From assembly GCA_963977015.1 (NCBI GenBank), contig CAXBMO010000017.1:32001-96000 (forward strand): DNA of 64,000 bases, written 5' to 3'. Source of the DNA: an uncultured bacterium (GTDB lineage Bacteria; Verrucomicrobiota; Verrucomicrobiia; Verrucomicrobiales; DEV007). The position numbers and the translations under genes are program-made. The notes under the pieces were generated by a model. That model ran no database searches, was not told the DNA's origin, and saw nothing but the letters and a program-made list of their open reading frames with translations. Below, piece by piece: positions 39,656-48,992 of the stretch (positions within the stretch are counted from its first letter, which is position 1; each line of letters starts with the position of its first letter).

Positions 39656-40735
39656 ATGATCTATCAGCGACAACAACTTACCACTCTCGAGCCGGAAGAG
39701 TTGGATCGCTATCTGGAGGAAGGCTGGTATCGCTGGGCCCAAACGATCTTTACCGGGCACATCCTTGCCTTTCCCGATGCACTTTACCCGGCAGCGTGGA
39801 TTCGGTTGGCGCTTCCAGACTACAAGTTCCGGAAGAGCCTCCGCCGGATCATGCGGCGCAACGGGGAAAGCCTGGTGGTCAAAATGGGGCCGGCAAAGAT
39901 CACGGCCGCGAAAAATCTGCTCTTTCTGAAGTACCGCGCCAGTTTCAAGGGCGATTTGTTTCCGACCCTTCAGGATGCACTGTTCGGTTCACCGAAGAAG
40001 TCGTCGGTGTTCGACACCCGGCAACTTGAGATTTACCACAACGATCGCCTGATCGCGTTCAGCTTTTTTGATGTCGGCGGCGAGAGCATCGCCAGCATCA
40101 TGGGCATCTACGATCCCGACTACTCGCGATTTGGCTTGGGGTTTTACACCATGCTGCTCGAAATCGAGTGGGCGAAGGAGAATGGGAAAGACTACTTCTA
40201 CCCTGGCTATGCGGTTCCCGGCAATTCGCGGTTTGATTACAAATTGCGAATCGGCGATGTCGAGTTCTTTGAGGCGCGCTCCCAATCCTGGTTGCCGTGG
40301 GACCAGTTCCAGATTGAGAAGACGCCGTTGGCGGAGCTTCGCAAGAAAGTCTCGGACCTGAAGGTTACCGCGACCAACGCCGGTCTTCACTGGCTGATCG
40401 GCCACTATGCCAACTTCGAGGATCCCTGTGAACGCCTCAAAGGCAATCACCTGCTGCAGTTCCCGCTTTATCTTTCGGCCGACGACCATGCTGAAAACGA
40501 GAATCCCATCATCATTGAGTATGATCTGATCTCCACCCAATACCGGCTGAGTCGTTACCAAACCGTCAAAGCGCTGCCGTTCCCCAATCACACCAAACAA
40601 CTGGCGATCTACTCCTACCCGATCAGCTACGATCTGGCAGACTTCGTCTTTCTGGGGTCACTCGTCCGAAAAGAGATCCTTTTTGAGCATCCTGAGGCGC
40701 TCCCGGTGATCGAGCACCTCAAAAATCTGGGATAA
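39656..40735 (+). CDS. Bacterial aminoacyl-tRNA--protein transferase (Bpt/ATE-like) with a C-terminal extension
   Basis: LDRYLEEGWYR, YDPDYSRFGLGFYTMLLEI, YPGYAV...FDYK. Confidence 0.8.
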   Translation: MIYQRQQLTTLEPEELDRYLEEGWYRWAQTIFTGHILAFPDALYPAAWIRLALPDYKFRKSLRRIMRRNGESLVVKMGPAKITAAKNLLFLKYRASFKGDLFPTLQDALFGSPKKSSVFDTRQLEIYHNDRLIAFSFFDVGGESIASIMGIYDPDYSRFGLGFYTMLLEIEWAKENGKDYFYPGYAVPGNSRFDYKLRIGDVEFFEARSQSWLPWDQFQIEKTPLAELRKKVSDLKVTATNAGLHWLIGHYANFEDPCERLKGNHLLQFPLYLSADDHAENENPIIIEYDLISTQYRLSRYQTVKALPFPNHTKQLAIYSYPISYDLADFVFLGSLVRKEILFEHPEALPVIEHLKNLG

Positions 40736-40777
40736 CAGGGCTCGTTCTCATCGTTGAGACCCGAAACTGACTCAGAT

Positions 40778-40843
40778 TGATAATTTTCATAATAAAATGC
40801 AATTATAAGGTTGCCGCGCCTCTGGATTATGATAATTATCAAT
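40778..40843. promoter_or_regulatory. Pair of Fur/PerR-like AT-rich operator palindromes
   Basis: TGATAATTTTCA (40778-40789) and the perfect palindrome TGATAATTATCA (40830-40841); 40825-40843 matches 14/19 of GATAATGATAATCATTATC. Confidence 0.5.
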
Positions 40844-40880
40844 AACTTAGTCATTCAGAACTTAGAAACGGTCTCTCAAC

Positions 40881-41870
40881 ATGAAAGCACTCAAACTTCC
40901 AACTCCGAAAAAGGTCCTCGTCACCGGGGCTGCTGGATTTATTGGTAGTCACACCGTCGATCTCCTCCTCAGAGAAGGGCACCAGGTGGTCGGAATCGAC
41001 GACCTCTCCACCGGCAATCTGGACAACGTGCAGACCGCCTTGAAAAGCGGACGCTTTCACCTCGAACAAGCGGATATGCTGGACGAAGGCCTCATGGATC
41101 GCCTCGTCGCTGAGTTTCTCCCCGATGCCATCATCCACCTCGCCGGTTTGGTCAGCGTAACGTTGGGGCAGGAACAGCCTGAGCGGAATTTCCGCCTGAA
41201 TCTTGAATCCACCAAGTTGGTTGCCGAGGCAGCGCGCAAGCACGGTTGCAAACGCGTCGTTTTCGCCTCATCCGCCGCGGTTTACGGAGATTTGGAGCAA
41301 TTGCCCATTCAGGAGAGCGATCCCAAGGATCCGAAGAGCAACTACGGTACGGCCAAGTTGATGAGCGAAATGCTTCTCCAGAGCTACGCCAAGAGCTACG
41401 GAATGACCTGCATTTCCAATCGCTTCTTCAACGTCTTCGGTCCTCGCCAGGATCCGCATTCCCCCTACAGCGGCGTGATTTCGATCTTCGCAGAGCGATT
41501 CTCGACCGGACGCGAAGCAACGATTTTCGGTGACGGTCAACAAAGCCGCGACTTCATCAGCGTTTACGACATCGCCGCCGGCAATGTGCTGGCCGCAACG
41601 CAGAAAGATGTGCCAAGCGGTGCCTACAACCTCTGCAGCGGCGAGCGCCAGAGCCTGCTGGATTTGGTCGATGCCCTTGCCAAAGCGCTTCCAACGGCTC
41701 TTCCCGTCAATTTTGCGGAAGAGCGCGAAGGCGATATCAAGCATTCTCAAGGTTCGAACGACAAGGCTCGCGTCTATCTCGGTTTTGCCCCCAAGATCGA
41801 GTTCGAGGCAGGCATCGAAGACCTCGTTGCTTCGACCTGCGAATCCACTGACGAGCTCAGAGTCGCATAG
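40881..41870 (+). CDS. NAD-dependent nucleotide-sugar epimerase/dehydratase (GalE/WbpP-like)
   Basis: VTGAAGFIGSH, FASSAAVYG, YGTAK, RFFNVFGPRQDP, GDGQQSRDF. Confidence 0.93.
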   Translation: MKALKLPTPKKVLVTGAAGFIGSHTVDLLLREGHQVVGIDDLSTGNLDNVQTALKSGRFHLEQADMLDEGLMDRLVAEFLPDAIIHLAGLVSVTLGQEQPERNFRLNLESTKLVAEAARKHGCKRVVFASSAAVYGDLEQLPIQESDPKDPKSNYGTAKLMSEMLLQSYAKSYGMTCISNRFFNVFGPRQDPHSPYSGVISIFAERFSTGREATIFGDGQQSRDFISVYDIAAGNVLAATQKDVPSGAYNLCSGERQSLLDLVDALAKALPTALPVNFAEEREGDIKHSQGSNDKARVYLGFAPKIEFEAGIEDLVASTCESTDELRVA

Positions 41871-41902
41871 TCTCATTTTTCATGGTTTGTGTTTGCTGTG
41901 CG

Positions 41903-41930
41903 GGCGGGTCCAAGTGGACCCGCCTTTTTT
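41903..41930 (+). terminator. Rho-independent terminator
   Basis: GGCGGGTCC-AAGT-GGACCCGCC followed by T6. Confidence 0.85.
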
Positions 41931-41983
41931 CGTTTGGGGTCCGTGGGGGTTCCGAATTATAGGAAACGATCGTTTTACCTTAG

Positions 41984-43300
41984 ATGAACCTACCCGAAGA
42001 GCCGTGGCGGCTTTCCGCCTCTGAACTGGCAAACCTGGATCAAACCCACATTTGGCATCCGTTCACCCAGATGGCGGATTGGTGTGCGGATTCCCATGAG
42101 CCGCTCGTCCTCGCCAAGGGCAAGGGCGCCCGCGTAACCGACCTCGCCGGACTGGAATACATTGACGGGAATTCGTCGATTTGGACGAACATCCACGGCC
42201 ACAATCACCCGACGATCACCGCTGCGATTCGCGATCAGCTTGATCGCATGGCGCACAGCTCCTTTCTCGGCCTCACCCATCCCAACGCCGCAGTTCTGGC
42301 GCGGGAACTCGTGGCTCGAGCGCCGGGAGACTCTCTCACCAAGGTCTTTTTCTCCGACAACGGTTCGACCGCGAACGAAGTCTCCCTTCGCATGTCACTT
42401 CAGGCTCGCGCCCTGCGTGGCGAAACTCAGCGCACCCAGTTTGTCGCGTTTGATCAGGCGTATCATGGAGACACCGTCGGCGCGGCGAATCTGAGCGGGA
42501 TCCCGTTGTTCAGCGCCCCGGTCGCAGCTCCGTTTCCGCCGGTAACGCGAGTTGCCAATCTGGAGGAATTGGTCTCGCTCGGAAGCGACTTCGCCGAAAC
42601 CGTCAACGCGGTCATCATCGAGCCATTGGTTCAAGGTCCGGCCGCGATTCGTCCGTGGCCGAAAGGGATGTTGCGCGGATTGGCGGATTGGTGCGAAGAA
42701 CACGGCGTGTTTCTGATCCTCGACGAAGTCCTCACCGGATTTGGCCGGACCGGAACCCTCTTTGCCTGCGAGCAGGAGAATGTCGTGCCCGATTTCCTCA
42801 ATCTCGCCAAGGGAATCACCGGCGGATATCTGCCACTGGCCGTCACGCTCACAACGCAAACGGTCTTCGATGCCTTTCTCGGTGGTGCTGACAAGACCTT
42901 CTACTACGGCCATTCCTACACCGCGAATGCGGTGGGTTGCGCAGCGGCGCTGGCTTCGCTCCAGGTTTTCGATGACGAGGACGTTCTCGCCAACCTTCAG
43001 CCCAAAATCGCGGAACTAACCACGGGCCTGGCCAATCTTTCGGCCCTGCCGCAGATTTCTGAGATTCGGCAATGCGGCTTCATGGCCGCCCTCGAAGTTC
43101 AGGGGATGACTCCGACAGCGATTGAGATGGAGAACAGGAACCAACTCGGAGCAGCAGTCTGCAACGCGGCTCGCGACTTTGGGCTCCTGACCCGCCCGGT
43201 CCGCAACGCCGTCGTCTTGATGCTTCCGCTTTGTGCAACGAGCGAGGAAATCAGTGCCGCTTGCGCCGCCATCGGCCAGGGCATCGCCCAAGTTTGCTAG
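41984..43300 (+). CDS. bioA: Adenosylmethionine--8-amino-7-oxononanoate transaminase
   Basis: IWHPFTQM, SSIWTNIHGH, YHGDTVG, DEVLTGFGRTG, AKGITGGYLPL, GHSYTAN. Confidence 0.93.
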   Translation: MNLPEEPWRLSASELANLDQTHIWHPFTQMADWCADSHEPLVLAKGKGARVTDLAGLEYIDGNSSIWTNIHGHNHPTITAAIRDQLDRMAHSSFLGLTHPNAAVLARELVARAPGDSLTKVFFSDNGSTANEVSLRMSLQARALRGETQRTQFVAFDQAYHGDTVGAANLSGIPLFSAPVAAPFPPVTRVANLEELVSLGSDFAETVNAVIIEPLVQGPAAIRPWPKGMLRGLADWCEEHGVFLILDEVLTGFGRTGTLFACEQENVVPDFLNLAKGITGGYLPLAVTLTTQTVFDAFLGGADKTFYYGHSYTANAVGCAAALASLQVFDDEDVLANLQPKIAELTTGLANLSALPQISEIRQCGFMAALEVQGMTPTAIEMENRNQLGAAVCNAARDFGLLTRPVRNAVVLMLPLCATSEEISAACAAIGQGIAQVC

Positions 43301-43502
43301 GGGGTGTTTGAAAATGAGGTCGAGACGCGCTGCGAGTGATTTTGTCGACTGGGAATGATGGCTCGGGGCGGCGATGAGCCTTCTCACAAAGCCCCGAACA
43401 GCATTTCCAGGCGGGAAAAGCGCCGCATCTCAAGATCATGCGAAGCCAATCTTCGAAAAAGAGGAACAACTTGCGCGTCCGTCATCATTTTAAAACGCTC
43501 CC
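43300..43502 (-). mobile_element. MITE-like non-autonomous element, copy 2 (203 bp) with a TA duplication
   Basis: TA|GGGGGTGTTTGAAAATGA ... TCATTTTAAAACGCTCCC|TA; inverted copy of 4975-5176. Confidence 0.9.
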
Positions 43503-46500
43503 TAAGACGCCAACGCTTCGTCTTCTTTTTCAAACGGACGCTTGTACCAGGCCCACGACCACGCGATGCCCCGTTTGATGTCTTCCAGGATCATGTAGCT
43601 GACCGGAACGAGGATCAACGTGATCGCCGTCGCGAACAGAATCCCAAAACCGAGCGAAATCGCCATCGGAATGAGGAACTGGGCCTGGGTGCTTGGCTCG
43701 AAGAAAATCAGGGGAATGAGCCCCGCAAACGTCGTGAGCGAGGTTAGAATGATCGGTCGAAAACGGGCCGTGCCGCCCGTGCGAATCGCTTCCAACAACG
43801 TTGCTCCCTCTGCCCGTCGCCGGTTGATCCAATCCACCAAAACCAGACTGTCGTTCACCACGACGCCACTCAAGGCGAGCATTCCGAACAGGCTCATTGA
43901 ACTCAGCGGCATATCCGGCATGGGATGATTCGTGAGGTAGCGGAGTTTCTCGATGAAGATGTGGCCGGCAATCGCCCCAACCAGGCCAAATGGAATCACC
44001 ATCATGACCATGAACGGCTGGAGCCAGGATTTGAAGGGAATCGCGAGGAGGCAATAAATCACGAAGAGGACGAAAATGGTTCCAGACACGAGAACCTGCT
44101 GCATTTCGCGAGCTTCCGCCGCCTCACCTTCCTGGCTGTAGCTAACGCTGGGAAAGGGTGCCAGAATTCGCTCCATATCCTCGTTGATGGCCGCTTTGAT
44201 CGCTCCCAGGTCGACCTTGTCCTTGTCGGCATCCGCCTTGATGTTGACGGTTCGTTGACGGTCAACCCGACTGATTCGCGCCGGACTTCGGCCAAACTCG
44301 ACTTCGGCAACATTCGCAAACGGAACCCTGGCGCCATCCGGAGTCCGCACCCGCATCTCATTCAAATTGGGCAGGCTCTCCCGTCCATCCGGCGGGTAGC
44401 GAACCATCACCCTGACGTCATCCCGACCGCGTTGGATGCGCTGCGCCTCAAATCCGAAAAACGCGCCCCGCGTCTGGCGCGCCAGATTCTCCGAATCGAT
44501 TCCCAGCAGCTGGGCTTCAGGCTTCACCTGCAGCTGAATCTCCTGCTTCCCATCATCCACGTTGCTTGCGATATCGAACAATCCGTTGAACTCCGCCAAC
44601 CGTGACTTCACCGCCACCGCCGCGCCTTCCAGCTCAGCTTCGTTCAACCCGGAAAGCTGAACATCAATCGGATCACCATAACGACCAATCTCTGCCTTGA
44701 TGTTGAAATCCTCCGCACCGGGGATTTGCCCAATCATGCGCCGCAACTCCATCGAGATGCTTCGCGGCGTGACGTCGAGGAGGCCAAGCTTCTCCCGAAT
44801 CTCGCGATCGACGACTTCCAGGCTCAACTCCCCGACATGACTTTGCCCTGAACTCAAACCACGGCTGCCACCGGGTCCCCCGGTTGTCGCGATCCCCTGC
44901 CCTCCCGTGGAGCTGAAAATGTGACTGATGAGCGGACTCCCATCGGGGCCGACGTACTTTTTCTGCAACTCGAAGGCCGCCGCCTCCATCCGGTCGACAT
45001 GGCTTTTGGTGACTTCGAAAGGGGTCCCGATCGGCATGTCGAGGCGAACCGTCAGGTACTCACTGGCGACGCGTGGAAACCAGACATAGCGGATGCGTCC
45101 ACTCTTCCACCACGCCAGTGAAACCATCAGAATCACCACGAACGTGGCGAGAACAATGAAGCGATTCACGATACAGCGTTGCAGAAACGGTTGATAAATC
45201 GACGCGATAAACCACTCCAATCCGTTCGCCACTTTCTGTTGAAGGCGGAGCAGCCAATTCCATTTCCCAATGTTGGTCGCCGCCTTCTTCATGTGCTTCA
45301 GGTGAGCGGGGAGAATCAGCTTCGATTCGATGAGCGAAAAGATCAGCACGGGAATGACGACGGCGGGGATACTCCGAAAAATCGCGCCACGATGCCCGGG
45401 AATCAGCATGACGGGGATGAAGGCCACAATGGTGGTCAGCACGCCGAAAATCACCGGCCGAGCGACCTCACGCGTTGCTTCAATGGCGGCCAAGGTTGGG
45501 TCGCCATCTTCATCATTGCGCATTCGGGTAAAGATGTTTTCTCCCGTGACGATGGCGTCATCGACCAGAATCCCGAGCACGAGAATGAAACCAAACAGGC
45601 TGACGATGTTGATGGAGGTATTCGTCAGCGGCATGCAGATAAACGCACCGCACAAGGCGACCGGAATTCCCAACATGACCCAGAATCCCAGCTGAAAACG
45701 GAGAAACAGGGAGAGAATGATGAACACCAGGATAAAGGCCCCCACCCCGTTTCGAACCAAGGTGTCGAGACGGGCTTGAACCAGGTTCGAGCGATCCCGC
45801 CATGTTTCGATCGAAACGCCCTGGGGCAGGCTGTTGCGCCGTTTTTCAACAAAGTCGCGAACCGTATCGGAAATGATGATCGCGTTTTGCTCGCCGACGC
45901 GTTCCACCGAAATCAACACCGACGGCTTGCCGTTGAAACGCGCCACCACCTCGTTTTCCTCGAACCCATCGGTCACCACGCCCAGGTCACGAACCCGCAC
46001 CTTGGTTCCGTCCGGATTGGAACGAACAACGATGTCTTCAAAATCCTTCCCCACATAGGCTTTGGACTTGGTGCGAAGCAGGATCTCGCCACCCGCAGTC
46101 TTGATGGTTCCCCCCGACAAATCGACCGATTGAGCCGAAACCGCAGCCGCAACTTCTCCCAACGTCAGGTCGTAGCGAAGCAACGTTTCTTCGGGAACTT
46201 CAATCGCGATTTCGAAAGGCCGCACCCCGATGATCGTGGCCGAGCTCACCGTCTCGGTCTTGCTCATGGCCTGAAAAACCGAGCTGAAGACCGGCAATTT
46301 GTGGAGCGGGATCCAACGCGGCATTTCAACCGTCGAAGACCCGACGAGACCGACGATTTCGTCCCGAAGACTGTCGGCCAACTCTCGAAGCTGAGCTTCC
46401 TCCAAATCGCCGTAGACGAGCACCTTCACGACACTGTCGGTAAATTGCTGCAGCGAGACGGTCGGTATCTCGGCTTCGAGCGGAAACGTCACAATGGCGT

Positions 46501-46834
46501 CGACTTCCGATTTGATGTCATCGAGCGCCTCCCTGGGGTCATAACCCGATTTGATTTCGACGCTGACAGAGCCGCCCCCCTCACTTGCGTTCGATCGAAT
46601 TTCCTTGATCGACTCGATCGACTGAATCGCCTCTTCAATGGGAACGATGACACCCTCTTCAACCTCCGCCGGAGTCGCGCCTCGAAACACCATCCCAATA
46701 TTCACCGTATTCACTTCGGAATCCGGAAAGACTTCGAGCGGAATCTGGGTAAACGCGGCCCAAACGCCCACCAGAACGATGGAAATCATCAGCAAATTCG
46801 CTGCGACATCATTTTTGGTAAACCAGGCGATCAA
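43502..46834 (-). CDS. RND efflux transporter permease subunit (AcrB family)
   Basis: GILVDDAIVTGENI, GVVVNDSLVLVD, RFRPIILTSLTT; TTG start; no MFP or TolC gene adjacent. Confidence 0.95.
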   Translation of the reverse strand: MIAWFTKNDVAANLLMISIVLVGVWAAFTQIPLEVFPDSEVNTVNIGMVFRGATPAEVEEGVIVPIEEAIQSIESIKEIRSNASEGGGSVSVEIKSGYDPREALDDIKSEVDAIVTFPLEAEIPTVSLQQFTDSVVKVLVYGDLEEAQLRELADSLRDEIVGLVGSSTVEMPRWIPLHKLPVFSSVFQAMSKTETVSSATIIGVRPFEIAIEVPEETLLRYDLTLGEVAAAVSAQSVDLSGGTIKTAGGEILLRTKSKAYVGKDFEDIVVRSNPDGTKVRVRDLGVVTDGFEENEVVARFNGKPSVLISVERVGEQNAIIISDTVRDFVEKRRNSLPQGVSIETWRDRSNLVQARLDTLVRNGVGAFILVFIILSLFLRFQLGFWVMLGIPVALCGAFICMPLTNTSINIVSLFGFILVLGILVDDAIVTGENIFTRMRNDEDGDPTLAAIEATREVARPVIFGVLTTIVAFIPVMLIPGHRGAIFRSIPAVVIPVLIFSLIESKLILPAHLKHMKKAATNIGKWNWLLRLQQKVANGLEWFIASIYQPFLQRCIVNRFIVLATFVVILMVSLAWWKSGRIRYVWFPRVASEYLTVRLDMPIGTPFEVTKSHVDRMEAAAFELQKKYVGPDGSPLISHIFSSTGGQGIATTGGPGGSRGLSSGQSHVGELSLEVVDREIREKLGLLDVTPRSISMELRRMIGQIPGAEDFNIKAEIGRYGDPIDVQLSGLNEAELEGAAVAVKSRLAEFNGLFDIASNVDDGKQEIQLQVKPEAQLLGIDSENLARQTRGAFFGFEAQRIQRGRDDVRVMVRYPPDGRESLPNLNEMRVRTPDGARVPFANVAEVEFGRSPARISRVDRQRTVNIKADADKDKVDLGAIKAAINEDMERILAPFPSVSYSQEGEAAEAREMQQVLVSGTIFVLFVIYCLLAIPFKSWLQPFMVMMVIPFGLVGAIAGHIFIEKLRYLTNHPMPDMPLSSMSLFGMLALSGVVVNDSLVLVDWINRRRAEGATLLEAIRTGGTARFRPIILTSLTTFAGLIPLIFFEPSTQAQFLIPMAISLGFGILFATAITLILVPVSYMILEDIKRGIAWSWAWYKRPFEKEDEALAS

Positions 46835-47065
46835 GGGGCAACTCTAGGTTTCGAGGAGATTGGAGACGAGGAGTAAACCATCACAGTTTCAAACTTTCCA
46901 GCTTTCGCAAGGAAGCTCTTCGGGTTGAACTCCGGCTATTCCCAAAAGTTTCTCAACCCAAATGGACACCATTCCCACGGAAGGAGGGTTTACAGCGAGT
47001 CCGGATCTATGATAGGGTTCTTCCCTGATAACGAATCAATCCCAACCTCCACTGCGAAATTGCCA

Positions 47066-47665
47066 ATGAACCGTCTCAAACTCATCTTCGCCGCTTGTCT
47101 TGCCGCACTTTTCATCGTCCCTGCGGCCTTCGCCCAGCAGAAGAACCCAACCGTCAAGGAAGTCTACGAAGAGGGCAAACGCGCCTACCTCAGCAAGGAT
47201 TACGCGAAAGCGCTGAAGGCGTTTGAGTACGTGAAGAAATATTATCCGAGAGATCCCCGGGTTCGCAGCTACATCGCCAAAACCCAGATGGCGTTGAGGG
47301 AAGATCGTCCCCAGGCAACCATGGAAGCCAAGTTGCGTGGAATCGTGATCCCCAATGTCGAATTTGAAGATGCCACCCTGGAAACCGTTCTGGACTACCT
47401 GACTCAGAAGACCTCGGAACTCAGCGGAGGTCAGGTCCGCCCCAATTTTGTCTACCGTGGCAGCCCTCAGGAAAAAGCTCAGGGCGGGATCACGCTCAAA
47501 CTGAACAACGTGCCGGTTTCGGAACTCATTCGCTATGTCGGACAGATGACGAGGACGCAGTTCAAGTATGAGCCCTATGCGATCACCGGCGTTCCGTTGC
47601 GGATGCTTTCTCCGGTCCAGCCCGAGGCGCCGGCCGCAACCGAGTCGTTTGACCCGTTTGCGTGA
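47066..47665 (+). CDS. Secreted protein with a TPR-like helix pair and a secretin N-domain-like C-terminus
   Basis: Signal peptide; YEEGKRAY...YAKA...FE.V....P; KLRGIVIPNVEFEDATL...ITLKLNNVP. Confidence 0.7.
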   Translation: MNRLKLIFAACLAALFIVPAAFAQQKNPTVKEVYEEGKRAYLSKDYAKALKAFEYVKKYYPRDPRVRSYIAKTQMALREDRPQATMEAKLRGIVIPNVEFEDATLETVLDYLTQKTSELSGGQVRPNFVYRGSPQEKAQGGITLKLNNVPVSELIRYVGQMTRTQFKYEPYAITGVPLRMLSPVQPEAPAATESFDPFA

Positions 47666-48315
47666 GCCAACCACCCGTTGCTCTCATCACAGGTGGCGAA
47701 GGCGACCTGGCCCAGGCGATTTCGCGGCAGCTTGATTCCAGTGGCTGGCAAGTCCTCGCACCCGGACACCGCGAGCTGGACGTCTCCAGCCGGGATTCGG
47801 TTCGTGCCTATTTTGATCAGCAGATTGGTGGCCGAATCGATTTGCTCGTCAACAATGCCGGCATCACTCAGGATCGAGCCTTCCTCAAACTGTCCGAGTC
47901 GAATTGGGACGAGGTGGTGGATACCAATCTGAAGGGCGCCTTCCTCTGTTCCCAGACGGCGCTACGTCTCATGCAAAAACAGCGAGACGGCCACATCATC
48001 AACATCGGATCCTATTCCGCGATCAACCCGCCCCTTGGCCAAGCCAATTACGCCTCAGCCAAAGCCGGACTTTTCGGACTGACCAAGAGTCTCGCCAAAG
48101 AAGTGGGGAAACGGAATATTCGGATCAACTGCCTGCTTCCTGGCTTCCTCGAAACCAAAATGACGACGGGCTTACCTGAGAAGGTCATTCAACAGGCGAG
48201 GGAAAACCATGCCTTGGGGCGATTCAATACCTGTGAGGAAGTCGCCCGCTTTGTCGGGTTTCTCGCCTCCACCGAAAACGTCTCCGGCCAGGTCTTCCAA
48301 CTCGACAGCCGTTAG
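47662..48315 (+). CDS. SDR oxidoreductase, FabG-like
   Basis: ALITGG, LVNNAGIT.D, GQANYASAKAG, PGFLET; GTGA overlap with the upstream gene. Confidence 0.88.
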   Translation: MSQPPVALITGGEGDLAQAISRQLDSSGWQVLAPGHRELDVSSRDSVRAYFDQQIGGRIDLLVNNAGITQDRAFLKLSESNWDEVVDTNLKGAFLCSQTALRLMQKQRDGHIINIGSYSAINPPLGQANYASAKAGLFGLTKSLAKEVGKRNIRINCLLPGFLETKMTTGLPEKVIQQARENHALGRFNTCEEVARFVGFLASTENVSGQVFQLDSR

Positions 48316-48321
48316 CCGTTT

Positions 48322-48921
48322 CTAAAGCTTTTCCTTGGTGCTCGGAATTTTCCCCGCGATCCGCGGATCAATCTGGATGGCCTGATCGATCGCCCGGGCG
48401 GTTCCCTTGAAGAGCGCCTCAGCCATGTGATGACCATCGCGTCCATCCAGAATCGTCATGTGCAAATTCATGAGCGCATTGAAGGAAAACGCCCGGAAAA
48501 ACTCTTCCACCAGCGAAAACGGGAAATTCCCACCAATGGGATCGATCCGGTCCGGCGCTTCGAAAACGAGATAGGGTCGCCCGCTGAAATCCAGCGCGAT
48601 TCTCGCCAGCGTTTCGTCCATCGGCAGCATGAAGGAGCCGTATCGGGTTATTCCCTTCTTCTCCCCCAATGCCTGGCGAATCGCCTGGCCGAGCACGATG
48701 CCGACATCTTCAACCGTGTGGTGAAAATCGACTTCCAGATCGCCATTGGCCTTGATCGTGAGATCGATCAGGCTGTGGCGCGAAAAGAGCGTCAACATGT
48801 GATCGAAAAAACCGATCCCGGTTTCGATTTCACATTCACCGGTTCCATCCAGGTTCAGCGAAAGCTGAATCTGAGTTTCGGCGGTATTCCTCTCAATACT
48901 TGCGGTACGCGTTTTGGCCAT
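48322..48921 (-). CDS. hisB: Imidazoleglycerol-phosphate dehydratase
   Basis: TGIGFFDHML, DFHHTVED, PMDETL, HHMAEALFK. Confidence 0.97.
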   Translation of the reverse strand: MAKTRTASIERNTAETQIQLSLNLDGTGECEIETGIGFFDHMLTLFSRHSLIDLTIKANGDLEVDFHHTVEDVGIVLGQAIRQALGEKKGITRYGSFMLPMDETLARIALDFSGRPYLVFEAPDRIDPIGGNFPFSLVEEFFRAFSFNALMNLHMTILDGRDGHHMAEALFKGTARAIDQAIQIDPRIAGKIPSTKEKL

Positions 48922-48992
48922 TGCAGCTAAATTCGCTCAACTGTACGGCGAAAAGGAGATCGCCGCAAACCGGGCGCGCCGGTAAATCCGGC

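Noticed and set aside
45179-46876. 565 aa plus-strand ORF
   Set aside because: Antisense shadow of the RND permease.
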